Shown: positions 8,708 to 17,481 of the stretch, piece by piece
Layout of the letters: each line of letters starts with the position of its first letter
Position numbering within the stretch: the first letter of the stretch is position 1
Virus record (IMG/VR): IMGVR_UViG_3300025875_000011
Span: 12,217 to 76,216 of that record
DNA from: a virus
Lineage: Duplodnaviria; Caudoviricetes
Length of the DNA stretch: 64,000 nucleotides
Reading direction: 5' to 3' (one strand)
Notes under the pieces: model-generated
Database searches by the model: none
What the model was told of the DNA's origin: nothing
What the model saw: the letters and a program-made list of their open reading frames with translations, nothing else
Made by a program: the position numbers and the translations under genes

Positions 8708-9326
8708 GGTCGGCCCGGTCGCTCGCGTTGTGACGGCCGGCCTCGACCTCGGAGAGCAGCGCCAGCAGCTTCACGACGTCGTTCTCGCCCTGGTGGTGGT
8801 CGAGCGCGTCTCGCCAGCGGTCCATCGTGTCGGGGGTGACCTTGAGCCGGATCTCGGGCCAGAACAGTTCGTCGTCCGGGTCACCACCACCCGTCCCGCC
8901 CGGACCGCCACCGGACTGCGGCACGGACATCAGGAGTTCGAGGTCGGAGAGTTCCCGGTCGGTGTAGCCGGACCCTGCGAGGTCGGCCAGCTCCTTGAGC
9001 GATGCGAGCAGAGCCTCCTCGTCGGTCGTGCCCTTGGCCCCGTACGCGTTGTCCCCGAGGTTGATCCGTCGGGCGTGGTCGGGGTTGTCGGTCTTGACGA
9101 GGAACACCGGGATCGTGTCGGCGTCGTCGACCATCGCGGCCTTGTACCGGTGGTTCCCGGCCAGGATCTCCTTTGTCTCGCTGTCGACGACGATGGCCCC
9201 GTAGAAGCCGTTCTCGTCCAGCGACTCCCCGATCGCCTCCACGTCGCCGCGGCGGGGGTTCCCGGGGAACTCAGCCAGTTGCCCCATCGGGAACTCGGCC
9301 ACGTACTCCTGCTCCAGCACTCGCAC
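8700..9326 (-). CDS. ParB/Srx N-terminal-domain protein
   Basis: FPGNPRRGDVEAIGESLDENGFYGAIVVD...ILAGNHRYKAA. Confidence 0.88.
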   Translation of the reverse strand: MRVLEQEYVAEFPMGQLAEFPGNPRRGDVEAIGESLDENGFYGAIVVDSETKEILAGNHRYKAAMVDDADTIPVFLVKTDNPDHARRINLGDNAYGAKGTTDEEALLASLKELADLAGSGYTDRELSDLELLMSVPQSGGGPGGTGGGDPDDELFWPEIRLKVTPDTMDRWRDALDHHQGENDVVKLLALLSEVEAGRHNASDRADHA

Positions 9327-9600
9327 TGGGTGATGCTCCTTCGGTCATGGCCGTCAGGCCTTCGAGGTCGTAGCGCAGCGTCGTCCACCACATGTCGTCG
9401 GGGTCCTCGGCGTAGTGGACGGTCTCCACCCGGTACGGGGAGCCGCCACCGTTCGGCCCTTCGAGCACGAGGATGTCACCCACGGCGATCCCGCGTCCCC
9501 AGCCGACGGCCTCCCCGTGCTGTCCTGCGGTCCCTGGCGTGGGGGTCCACGTGTAGTCGTGGCCCCACCCGCGCCGGGTGTAGTCGTGGATCTCAGCCAT
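9271..9600 (-). CDS. Hypothetical protein
   Basis: MAEIHDYTRRGWGHDY...GIAVGDILVL...YRVETVHYAEDPDDMW; overlaps the ParB-like start by 56 nt. Confidence 0.6.
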   Translation of the reverse strand: MAEIHDYTRRGWGHDYTWTPTPGTAGQHGEAVGWGRGIAVGDILVLEGPNGGGSPYRVETVHYAEDPDDMWWTTLRYDLEGLTAMTEGASPSASAGAGVRGRVPDGATG

Positions 9601-9853
9601 GACCAGGAACCGGTTCACCCTCATGTGCCCCGGAGCCCGGGTTTCGGGGGGTCGGAGCGTGAACGGCTTCACGGTCGCCGCCCGCATCGCCCTCGTACAG
9701 CGCGACCATGCTCCTCAGCGCCTCCGAGATCCCTCGACAGCGGTCCTCAGCCTCGTACCGAGCGCGTCCCCGGAACTCCTCGCCCGTCCTCTCGACCTCG
9801 CTCGCAGCACGGAGGACGATCTCCACGGCCTCCTGCTGGACGGTCCACGTCAC
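9593..9853 (-). CDS. Hypothetical protein
   Basis: VTWTVQQEAVEIVLRAASEV...; coupled overlaps on both sides. Confidence 0.55.
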   Translation of the reverse strand: MTWTVQQEAVEIVLRAASEVERTGEEFRGRARYEAEDRCRGISEALRSMVALYEGDAGGDREAVHAPTPRNPGSGAHEGEPVPGHG

Positions 9854-10110
9854 GACAGCACCGGCCCCTCCACCCGGAACACCCGCGAGCACGGAGCCCC
9901 GCCAGGTGGGACAGGCTTCGCTCGAGGCCGCAGCTCGACGACGTCAGGCTCGCCCAGGACCCGGCCGGCCGCGGCCGAGCGTCTCCACATCTCGACCGCG
10001 AGCGCGCGCTGCTCCGCGATCGCCTCGTCCGAGGTCACCGAGTCGAGGACCGGGTGCTCGTAGTTGTGGCGGGCCTGGTGGCCGAGCGTCCGGTACGACG
10101 GGACGCTCAC
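9850..10110 (-). CDS. Hypothetical protein
   Basis: ORF track; 4-bp overlaps. Confidence 0.55.
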   Translation of the reverse strand: MSVPSYRTLGHQARHNYEHPVLDSVTSDEAIAEQRALAVEMWRRSAAAGRVLGEPDVVELRPRAKPVPPGGAPCSRVFRVEGPVLS

Positions 10111-10373
10111 GACTTCGGGGGGACCGCGATCGTCAGGTTCAGACCGATCGACCCTCCCTGGCCTCCGCTGATGTTGTCCCAGCCCATGACCGTGACGGTG
10201 GCCCCGATCTCGGTGGGGTGCTCACCGCTGTCCTCGACGATCTGAGACGCGGCGATGAGGCCGGCCTCCAGGAGTGCGAGGTGGGGCACGTCGAGCGTGC
10301 TCGTGTCCAGCTGCGTGGCTGCGTCGCGGACCGACTGACGCGGGGCGACGGTGAGCGTACGGGTGAAGGTCAT
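10107..10373 (-). CDS. Hypothetical protein, first gene of the leftward operon
   Basis: MTFTRTLTVAP...; GGAGG RBS upstream of ATG 10373. Confidence 0.6.
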   Translation of the reverse strand: MTFTRTLTVAPRQSVRDAATQLDTSTLDVPHLALLEAGLIAASQIVEDSGEHPTEIGATVTVMGWDNISGGQGGSIGLNLTIAVPPKS

Positions 10374-10424
10374 GCCTCCGGAGCGTAGGGGAACCCCCTG
10401 GTCAGGGCCACCTCCTGGCACACA

Positions 10425-10510
10425 GAAACCGGAAAAACTCGTCCGCGACTGCGCGCGCTAAACCCAAGGTCGGGGTGCGCGGGTGCCCGGGGGGTCCCCC
10501 CCAGGGGGGC
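10425..10510 (-). other. Candidate cos/genome-end region
   Basis: Minus strand reads GGGGGACCCCCCGGG...TTTAGCGCGCGCAGTCGCGGACGAGTTTTTCCGGTTT (G/C-run hairpins, GCGCGCGC, T-tract). It is non-coding and lies upstream of the operon ending in P27 TerS/TerL. Call is by analogy with HNH/P27 cos phages. Confidence 0.4.
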
Positions 10511-10599
10511 TGAGGGCGAGGGGCCGGGTGCGCGGGGCGAGGCGGGGGCATGCGGGGCCAGGCGATGGGGAGGCGTGAGGAGGTGTGCCGCACAGGGGG

Positions 10600-10990
10600 A
10601 GGCGCGCAGGGGGCGACGTGTGACCACGCACAGGCATGAGGAGTTGATGATCTTGGTGTGTGTGGGCGTGTGTGTGCTCAGGCATGAGTGAGGGGGACGC
10701 ACATGCACCACGGGGAGGCATGAGCGGAGGGGGCGCAGGGCACAGGGATGAGCGGAGCGCACGCACATGCACCACCACCACCACCACGGGGTGGGGGGCA
10801 GGCACCACGGGGGACGCACGCACCACGCACCACCACGGGGACGCGTCGCACCACGGGGACGCACGCGCATGTGTGTGTGCGCGGTCGCAGGCGGGGGCGT
10901 GCTGGCCTCAGGGGGGGCGTGTGGCGTGAGGGACGCACATAGGAGCTCCGCTGGCAGGACCCCCGTGCAGGGTCGCGCAGGGGTATGTCG
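10600..10990. repeat. Low-complexity non-coding repeat tract
   Basis: CACCACGGGG at 10706, 10782, 10803, 10831 and 10849; GCACATGCACCAC twice; TG/CA dinucleotide runs; (CAC)n run at 10770-10787; no credible ORF. Confidence 0.75.
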
Positions 10991-11451
10991 ACCAGGCCGC
11001 ACAGGGGTAGGTGCGAAGGGGTAGGGGGCGAGCGCCAGGACCATGATCATTTGGGGCGCAGGGGTGGGTCTGGTCTCAGAGTGTGGGACGGATGATCATG
11101 GTTTCATCTCACCCCTTGGTACGGGAGGGGGTAGGGCCGGCACGAGTTTTCTGGACGTTCCTCCTAGTGGGAGCGTATTTCGGGGGGTCCGGCCAGATTG
11201 GTCTAGCGGGAAGGGTTGACAGGGGGGAGGGTGCGGACGCATGGTTTGACCAGTTCCACCGCAGCACCGCTCCACTTCTCCCCCCTCACGGGGGGAACGG
11301 GATCGGGTCAGTCTCGGTAGCGGACCCGGATCGTTGAAAACTTCACAGTGTGTTCCTCCTCCTGTCTCTCACAGGGGGAGCCGGTGACTTCGGTCCCCGG
11401 CTCCGCTTGTGTCCACTCGGAACCGTTCCGAGTGGCCTAACAGGAGGAACC

Positions 11452-12081
11452 ATGTCCACCACCACCACCACCAAGGTCACCCCGTCGTCCACCAAGGTCA
11501 CGGGGTCCAAGGTCCGGACCGCACCCGCGATCCCTGTCAACGCTGAGGGATTCTCGACCAAGGTCCGGGACGCGCTCGCTCTGAGCGTGTCCAAGGGTGT
11601 CGGAGAGGTCCGGGTCCGCGTCGCGGACGCTTCGGACCGCGCGGAGGTCCGGAAGGTCCAGAAGCGCGTCCAGGCGATCGGGTACAGCGCGGGTTTCAAC
11701 GCGAACTTTCGCGTGACGCTCGCTGGCGACATCCTCACGGGGAAGGTCCAGGACCTCACCCGGGAGAGCGGTCGCCCCGGTCAGACGGACCCCACGGCCA
11801 AGACGCCGGGGACCCGCTCCACGTTCGAGGGTTGGACCCCCGCGCAGATCAGCGCGTGGAAGAAGGCCCACCCCGTCAACGCGAAGGGGGACGCGAAGGT
11901 CACCCCGAAGGGGACCAAGAGCGCGACCAAGAGCGCGACCAAGGTCCCCGCGAAGCGCGTCACGGTCCGGAAGGTCACCAAGAGCGCGAAGGTCGCTCAG
12001 ACCGTCCCGCAGTCGCTCGCAGGGGTGACCAGCGCGACCCCCGTCGACACCGCGACGGTGACCACCACCAAGAAGTCCTGA
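11452..12081 (+). CDS. Lys/Thr-rich basic protein (histone-H1-like tails), paralogue of 17482-18531
   Basis: CAGGAGGAACC-ATG at 11452; KSATKSATK repeats; shared RKVQKRVQAIGYSAGFN motif. Confidence 0.8.
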   Translation: MSTTTTTKVTPSSTKVTGSKVRTAPAIPVNAEGFSTKVRDALALSVSKGVGEVRVRVADASDRAEVRKVQKRVQAIGYSAGFNANFRVTLAGDILTGKVQDLTRESGRPGQTDPTAKTPGTRSTFEGWTPAQISAWKKAHPVNAKGDAKVTPKGTKSATKSATKVPAKRVTVRKVTKSAKVAQTVPQSLAGVTSATPVDTATVTTTKKS

Positions 12082-12102
12082 CCAGGAGGAACCGAGCAAC
12101 GA

Positions 12103-12140
12103 CCGGGATACCCGGACCCCACGGGGTCCGGGTGTCCCGG
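12103..12140 (+). terminator. GC-rich hairpin (terminator or processing site)
   Basis: CCGGGATACCCGGACCCC / GGGGTCCGGGTGTCCCGG, about 17-bp stem with one G-U pair, just after the stop at 12081. Confidence 0.55.
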
Positions 12141-12176
12141 GGTCCGCTCGGACCGCTCACCACCACAGGAGGAACC

Positions 12177-12392
12177 GTGCCCACCACTATCCGGGCCGCG
12201 TACGTCACCCACGACCGTAGGGGCCGCCTGTTGCTGCCCGTCCGGATCATGGCCGACCCCCGCACCCGTACGGCCGTCGTCGCCCGTCCTGACCCTTGGG
12301 GCTACGGGTGCCTGACAGGCCCCGAGGTCCCCATGCCGGGACTCGTCTTCCCGCTCACCCGGCTCGACGCTCTCGGCCGACCTCACCCGTAG
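12177..12392 (+). CDS. Hypothetical protein
   Basis: CACCACCACAGGAGGAACC-GTG at 12177. Confidence 0.7.
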   Translation: MPTTIRAAYVTHDRRGRLLLPVRIMADPRTRTAVVARPDPWGYGCLTGPEVPMPGLVFPLTRLDALGRPHP

Positions 12393-12475
12393 CCCGAACG
12401 CTCAGAGATGGGCCATCTCCCCACAGGAGGTGGCCCGTCGGGTCCGTTCGGACCGCCACCACCACAGGAGGAACC

Positions 12476-12811
12476 GTGACCACCACTGCCTACAGGGCCG
12501 ACGAGTGGGATCGCTTCAACGCGATGCCCGCGCCGGCCGAGGTGTTCATCATGACGTGCCCCGAGGGCCACCAGTCCGAGTGGAGCCACCGTGAGTGGCA
12601 CATGCTCGACACCGGTGCCTGTCCTCGTGAGTGCCCGGGTCGGATCGACTTCGCCCACGCCCGTCGCCACGTCGACTGCCCGTGTGACGAGGAGGTCCTA
12701 ACCGCGCCTGGAGATCTCGATACCGCGCCTGCGGGAGAGACCCCTACCGCGCCTGCACTTCGGAATCCGCGGGCCGTCCGTCGCTTCCCCACCTTCATCC
12801 CGAGGGCCTAA
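12476..12811 (+). CDS. Hypothetical Cys/His-rich protein (111 aa)
   Basis: CCACCACCACAGGAGGAACC-GTG; CPEGH, CPxxCP and CPC motifs. Confidence 0.72.
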   Translation: MTTTAYRADEWDRFNAMPAPAEVFIMTCPEGHQSEWSHREWHMLDTGACPRECPGRIDFAHARRHVDCPCDEEVLTAPGDLDTAPAGETPTAPALRNPRAVRRFPTFIPRA

Positions 12812-12919
12812 CCGCGCCTCGAGATCGAAACCGCGCCTGGACCGTCGAAGGTGAGGCCACACCGCGCCTGGTGTGACCGCGCCTGGTCTGTCCAGACCAC
12901 CACCACCACAGGAGGAACC

Positions 12920-13255
12920 ATGAAGATCACCCGTGCCGCTGCCGCGCTCGCGCTCGCCGCTGCCCTCGTCGTGGGGGTACCGGCCACCGCGTCCGAGGCC
13001 GCGTCCAGGCCGACGAGGGCCGACCGTCACGCGATGGTCGAGGCCAACCACGCCTGTACCGCCGCGCCTGACGAGTCGACGTACGAGAACTGCGTCGTCG
13101 GTGCCTTCGTCCAGGCCCGCCACCGCTACATCGACGAACGGTTCTACGTCGCCGACTACTCGGACGCCGACCCCACCGTCTACTCCGAGCCCGAGGGAAC
13201 CGGTCCTGTGCCGTGTACCTGCGTCCGCCTCACCCGCGCCTCGAAGAAGATCTGA
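12920..13255 (+). CDS. Secreted hypothetical protein (111 aa)
   Basis: MKITRAAAALALAAALVVGVPATASEA signal peptide; consensus RBS motif. Confidence 0.78.
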   Translation: MKITRAAAALALAAALVVGVPATASEAASRPTRADRHAMVEANHACTAAPDESTYENCVVGAFVQARHRYIDERFYVADYSDADPTVYSEPEGTGPVPCTCVRLTRASKKI

Positions 13256-13344
13256 CCGCGCCTGAGCTGCCTACCGTCCCCCAGGGCCACACCGTCCCTG
13301 GAGGGCCAGGACTGCTCAGTCCACCGCCACCCACAGGAGGAACC

Positions 13345-13680
13345 ATGACCGCTGCCCACATCTACGGGGCGTGTGGCGTCGAGGACTGCCGGGACTGTCT
13401 CCCGACTTTCTCCGACGACAACCAGGTGTTGACCGAGGCCGAGACCTACGTCTCGGGCGAGCTCATCACGGGCGTCACGGCGGCCGGCTCCCACTTCACC
13501 GTGGACAGCCGCGTCGACCGGTACCACCGCGCCTCCAGCCACGTCATCACCGGCTACACCCCGAACGGGCGCTCCGACTACTACATGCGGAACGTGTCCT
13601 ACCGCGACGCCATGATGAACCTCGCGAACGCCGAGCGTGCCGGGTGGACGAACCTGGCCCTTGGGATCGAGGGGTTCTGA
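13345..13680 (+). CDS. Hypothetical protein (111 aa)
   Basis: CCACAGGAGGAACC-ATG; CGVEDCRDC motif. Confidence 0.75.
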   Translation: MTAAHIYGACGVEDCRDCLPTFSDDNQVLTEAETYVSGELITGVTAAGSHFTVDSRVDRYHRASSHVITGYTPNGRSDYYMRNVSYRDAMMNLANAERAGWTNLALGIEGF

Positions 13681-13765
13681 ACCGCGCCTGAGTGATCAGG
13701 GTGAGGCCCCCGTACGCGGGGACCGCGCCTGGACTACTCAGTCCGCCACCACCACAGGAGGAACC

Positions 13766-14221
13766 ATGCCAGCAGCACTCACCGTCCAGCACGCGGTCGG
13801 CTCGGAGGTCCACATCGTCCCCGAGTACGCCTCCAGCTGGCCCGCGCGGTCGATGGCCGAGCACGGGACGTTCATCGTGGAAGCGGTGCCGGGGACCCGG
13901 GGCCGGACGACGTACGCCTTGCGCCACAAGACGTCCGAGCGGATCCGGTTGAAGGCCCACGCCTACATGCTCGCAGCCGGCCCTCACCCGTCGTTCGCCG
14001 GGATCGAGGCCGTGCCGCTGCCCGCGGTCCACCTCAACGGCACGGTCGTCGAGTTCAAGGACGGCTCCCAGCCGGGCCTGTGGGTCGTCACCGGCTACAC
14101 CGAGCGCGGCCACAAGGTCTTCCGGCTCGGGGGTAGCGCCGACGGTCGCCGCAACGTGTCCGGAGCTCGCCTCGAGGTCGTCACGCTCGACGTGGGCGGG
14201 GACGAGACGGACGGGTCCTAA
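13766..14221 (+). CDS. Hypothetical protein
   Basis: CCACCACCACAGGAGGAACC-ATG at 13766. Confidence 0.75.
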   Translation: MPAALTVQHAVGSEVHIVPEYASSWPARSMAEHGTFIVEAVPGTRGRTTYALRHKTSERIRLKAHAYMLAAGPHPSFAGIEAVPLPAVHLNGTVVEFKDGSQPGLWVVTGYTERGHKVFRLGGSADGRRNVSGARLEVVTLDVGGDETDGS

Positions 14222-14297
14222 CAGCGCCTGAGCGAAGGGATTGGCCCACGGGTGGAGACACCCCTGGGCTGGTCGGTCCGCTCAGGACCCTGCCGCT

Positions 14298-14307
14298 CCG
14301 CTAGAAT
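14298..14307 (+). promoter_or_regulatory. Putative promoter, extended -10 CCGCTAGAAT
   Basis: TAGAAT -10 hexamer; CTCCGCTAGAATGGA is identical at 14296 and 17055. Confidence 0.6.
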
Positions 14308-14341
14308 GGAGTGTGACAGACCACCACCACCAGGAGGAACC

Positions 14342-14776
14342 ATGACCCGCCTCACCCTCAGCCTCGACAGCGCCAGCGCCGACGAGGCCAGAGCGTTCCT
14401 GCTCGCGTACCAGCGCGCCCTCACCGAGGACGACAAGGTCGGCCTCCCGGACGGAGACATCGCCTGGGACCAGCCCACCGTCAAGGTGATGGGCCTCGGG
14501 TGGCACATCACCACGCCCTCGATCAGCGTCGAGACCGCTGCCGAGCTGATGCGCGACTTCGCGCCGGTCCCCGACACCACGGGCTCCACGTCGGGCTACT
14601 CCGACACCGACGAGTGCCTCACGTGTGGCGTCCACATCAGCGACCCCCACGACAAGTCGTGCGCCGCGCCGGCCGCGGTCGCCCAGCGGGAGGAGGACGA
14701 GCGCCACTGCCTCCTCGTCGGGAACCTCGGGGAGAACGCCGACGACTGCACCACCCACGGCCACGTCTTCCAGTAG
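14342..14776 (+). CDS. Hypothetical protein with C-terminal Cys/His motif
   Basis: Consensus RBS; CLTCGVHISDPHDKSC. Confidence 0.75.
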   Translation: MTRLTLSLDSASADEARAFLLAYQRALTEDDKVGLPDGDIAWDQPTVKVMGLGWHITTPSISVETAAELMRDFAPVPDTTGSTSGYSDTDECLTCGVHISDPHDKSCAAPAAVAQREEDERHCLLVGNLGENADDCTTHGHVFQ

Positions 14777-14815
14777 CCGCGACACGCCGGGATAGTTATC
14801 CGGTCCAGGCGTAAA

Positions 14816-14846
14816 TCGGTCCCCCACAACTGTTGTGGGGGACCGA
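14816..14846. terminator. Perfect 14-bp hairpin
   Basis: TCGGTCCCCCACAA-CTG-TTGTGGGGGACCGA between two + strand genes. Confidence 0.6.
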
Positions 14847-14916
14847 GCCGCTATGTCATACTTGTTCTAGCGGGACCTCAGACAGGGGCCCGCGCCACCA
14901 CCAGGAGGATCAGATC

Positions 14917-15987
14917 ATGGCTCACGCACTCGAAGTCAACCCGGTCACCGGCCAGGCCTCGGCCATCTTCGGTCACGCGACCAGCGCCTGGCACCGCCTC
15001 GGGACGACGGTCCCGGGAGGGTTCACGGCCGAGGAGGGGATGAAGACGGCCGGCCTCGCCGGGTGGAACGTCCGGAAGCTGCCGATCTACCACATGGGCG
15101 ACGACCCCGACAAGGGTGAGGCCCACGAGATCGACGGCCAGTACGTCACCGTCCGCGACAACCCGTTCGTCGAGGGCCAGGTCGACGCCCTCGGGATCGT
15201 CGGCGAGATCTACCACCCGTTCCAGAACGAGCAGGGAGCCGAGTTCCTCGACCTGCTCGCCGGTGAGGCCGGGGCCCACTGGGACACGATGGGCTCGATC
15301 CGGGGAGGGACCCAGACGTTCATGTCGATGTCGCTGCCCGCGCACCTGATGGTCGGCGGGGTCGACCGCCAGGACCTCAACCTGACGATCCTCAACTCCC
15401 ACGACGGCTCGCTCAAGGTGACCCCGATGGTCACCGCCGTCCGGGTCGTCTGCGCGAACACGTTCGACTGGGCCATCCGGAACAACGTGGCCTTCGCGTC
15501 GCTGCGCCACACGTCGTCGACGTCGGCCAAGGTCGCTGAGGTCCGCGAGGCCCTCGGGGTCACGTTCTCGGCCAAGGACGAGTTCGCTGCGGAGGCCGAG
15601 CGGATGATCCAGGAGACCATGACCAAGGGTCAGTTCGAGAAGAAGATGTTCGGCCCGAGCGGTGTCTACGCCGCCATCGCTCCGAAGGTCACGGCCGGTC
15701 AGTCCGCGAAGAACAACTGGGCCGCGACCCGCGACGGCCTGTTCGACTACTTCCTCGGCGACATCGAGGGGGCCGAGTCGAAGATCGGGAAGACGGCGTG
15801 GGGTGCCTTCCAGGCCGTGACGTGGATGGAGGACCACAAGCGGAACATCCGGTCGGCCGAGACGGACGCCGAGGGTCGTCAGCGCGACCGGGCCGAGCGG
15901 GCCGTCAGCGGGACCGGGGTCAACCTCAAGAACCGGGCCTGGTCCGCCCTCCGCGTCCCGGAGAAGGGCCAGCTCGTCACCGTCTGA
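14917..15987 (+). CDS. DUF932 / TIGR03299 phage-plasmid-like protein
   Basis: SAWHRLGT, VRDNP...LGIVGEIYHPFQNEQ, GSIRGG, NSHDGS, VRVVCANT, TAWGAFQAVT; start trimmed to ATG 14917. Confidence 0.9.
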   Translation: MAHALEVNPVTGQASAIFGHATSAWHRLGTTVPGGFTAEEGMKTAGLAGWNVRKLPIYHMGDDPDKGEAHEIDGQYVTVRDNPFVEGQVDALGIVGEIYHPFQNEQGAEFLDLLAGEAGAHWDTMGSIRGGTQTFMSMSLPAHLMVGGVDRQDLNLTILNSHDGSLKVTPMVTAVRVVCANTFDWAIRNNVAFASLRHTSSTSAKVAEVREALGVTFSAKDEFAAEAERMIQETMTKGQFEKKMFGPSGVYAAIAPKVTAGQSAKNNWAATRDGLFDYFLGDIEGAESKIGKTAWGAFQAVTWMEDHKRNIRSAETDAEGRQRDRAERAVSGTGVNLKNRAWSALRVPEKGQLVTV

Positions 15988-16161
15988 CCAGACCGGGGGG
16001 AGGGGACCGCGACCCCTCCCCCCTCAGCGCGTCTGTGCGGTCCCGGACCCCCGGACCCATACCCGTACAAGGGTCCGGGGTCCGGGACCCCCGCAGATCG
16101 CTCCGCAGCGTCACCCGTGACCGGGGTCCCCTGGTCACGACACCACCACCACGGAGGAACC

Positions 16162-16608
16162 ATGAAGGACCTGCACATCACGGCCGGGGAGCTTCGCCCC
16201 GAACACCTGGGCCACGACATCATCGTCACGATCCCCGACCTCGGACGTGAGGGCGTCTACCTGACGACCATCACGATCAAGGCCGCTCCGGGTCGTCGCC
16301 TGGACACCCGGGTCGTCGTGGCCGGCCCAGGACGCCATGAGGTGTTCGAGGTCGACCCGGACGCCCCCGTCGAGGTCTTGGGCTGGGACGAGTCGACCCT
16401 GTCCGACAGGGACGCGGTCGACGCTCTGGCGACGCTGCTCGGGACGGCTCCGGACTGGGACGGGGCCGCCGACTTCCTCAGCGACATCGCCACGATCCTG
16501 AGCCGGACCAGCCGGCCTTCGGTCGACACCGACCCGGACGACTTCCGCCGCGAGTTCCTCAAGGCCACGGGTCGCCCGGTCGTGAACGCGTTCGACGGGA
16601 GCCTGTGA
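16162..16608 (+). CDS. Hypothetical protein
   Basis: CACCACCACCACGGAGGAACC-ATG. Confidence 0.75.
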   Translation: MKDLHITAGELRPEHLGHDIIVTIPDLGREGVYLTTITIKAAPGRRLDTRVVVAGPGRHEVFEVDPDAPVEVLGWDESTLSDRDAVDALATLLGTAPDWDGAADFLSDIATILSRTSRPSVDTDPDDFRREFLKATGRPVVNAFDGSL

Positions 16609-17039
16609 TGTTGCCCGACAAGATCGAGACGGGGCTCCACACGACGGCCGACGACCTGGCCCTCAACGTGATCCACGACGCCCTCGCGGCCGGGAAGATC
16701 GTCCGCTACACGGGCTCGGTCGAGAAGGCCCGTGGGTCTCAGGTGCTCGCGATGGAGCGGTGCGAGTTCCACGACGCCCGGGACCCGTTCAAGGACTGCT
16801 GCCACCGTCAGCAGGCCATCGTGTGGACCAAGGACGCCGAGCTCCGCCACGTCGCCGCGTTCAGCCTCACCGTCGAGGAGTGGGAGGTCGTGACGTGTGC
16901 CAGCTGCGGCGAGAGCGGGCCATGCACGCCGTGGTCGGACTACTACGTCACGCCGTTGCTCGAGGGCGGGGGTCGGGTGTGCGAGGGGTGCTTCGGACGG
17001 CTCGTCCGCGAGCACCTGTCGGGGGACGCCACTGCGTAG
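16608..17039 (+). CDS. Hypothetical protein with C-terminal CxxC...CxxC
   Basis: TGATG coupling; CASCG...CEGC. Confidence 0.7.
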   Translation: MLPDKIETGLHTTADDLALNVIHDALAAGKIVRYTGSVEKARGSQVLAMERCEFHDARDPFKDCCHRQQAIVWTKDAELRHVAAFSLTVEEWEVVTCASCGESGPCTPWSDYYVTPLLEGGGRVCEGCFGRLVREHLSGDATA

Positions 17040-17056
17040 ACCCGATCCCTGCCTCT

Positions 17057-17066
17057 CCGCTAGAAT
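17057..17066 (+). promoter_or_regulatory. Putative promoter CCGCTAGAAT
   Basis: Same motif as 14298, followed by TGACAG and a CCA run. Confidence 0.6.
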
Positions 17067-17107
17067 GGAACCTGACAGGTTCCACCACCACCATGAAAGG
17101 CCAGACC

Positions 17108-17401
17108 ATGTGTCAGGACTGCCAGACGCTGTACGGCGTCTCCGGTCACCTCGACGAGCCGACCGCGAGCGAGGTGTCCGACCACCAGAACTCCCGCGAG
17201 TTCGCCCTGGTCGAGTTGACCGTCAGGACCCTCGCGCTCGCCCTCCGCCTCGAGTTCACCGAGGACCAGACCCGGAAGATCGTCGAGGCCCTCGTCATGG
17301 ACGACCGCCGCTTCGACGGACACCACGACCTCACCACAGCTGCCCTCACCCCCGAGCGCGTGCTCGACCAGGTCCGCCTGTTCGGAGACCTCTCCGGGTA
17401 G
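17108..17401 (+). CDS. Hypothetical protein
   Basis: MCQDCQTLYG...; GAAAGG RBS after a CCA run. Confidence 0.7.
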   Translation: MCQDCQTLYGVSGHLDEPTASEVSDHQNSREFALVELTVRTLALALRLEFTEDQTRKIVEALVMDDRRFDGHHDLTTAALTPERVLDQVRLFGDLSG

Positions 17402-17481
17402 TCGGGGTGGGTCAGGGACCTCCTGCCCTGGCCCGCCCGGTCCACCCGGACCACCACCACCACCAAGATCGGAGCAAGACG

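Larger units (their letters stand above)
12698..13731 (+). repeat. Cluster of polar ACCGCGCCT(G/C) direct repeats
   Basis: Copies at 12701, 12722, 12746, 12811, 12830, 12861, 12876, 13255, 13681 and 13722, all on the + strand; ACAGCGCCT variants at 14221, 20538, 21068 and 23556. Confidence 0.9.

Noticed and set aside
3678-10373. queC, queF or Gat-queC in the deazaguanine cluster
   Set aside because: None of the ORFs has the SGGxDS PP-loop with the C-terminal Cys cluster, or QueF motifs.
10458-11024. His/Pro-rich ORFs in the repeat tract (e.g. MHHHHHHG..., 10767-11024)
   Set aside because: They are translations of simple CAC/GTG repeats, with no RBS and atypical codon use.
11216-11245. TTGACA at 11216 as the early-module promoter
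   Set aside because: The best-spaced -10 (CATGGT) is a poor match, so it is not supported enough to list as a feature.
12698-12890. CRISPR-like array
   Set aside because: The repeat unit is only about 10 bp, spacing is irregular (15-65 bp), and no cas genes are present.
12695-14290. Integron attC-like sites (GCCTAAC/TCCTAAC at stop codons followed by imperfect inverted repeats)
   Set aside because: No matching GTTRRRY R' box closes the hairpins, and there is no integron integrase in the window.
16040-16090. GGACCCC(C)GGACCC hairpins as pSVH1-type TRS (GACCCGGA) repeats
   Set aside because: They occur as inverted pairs forming intergenic hairpins, not as a polar direct-repeat array; a terminator-like role is simpler.
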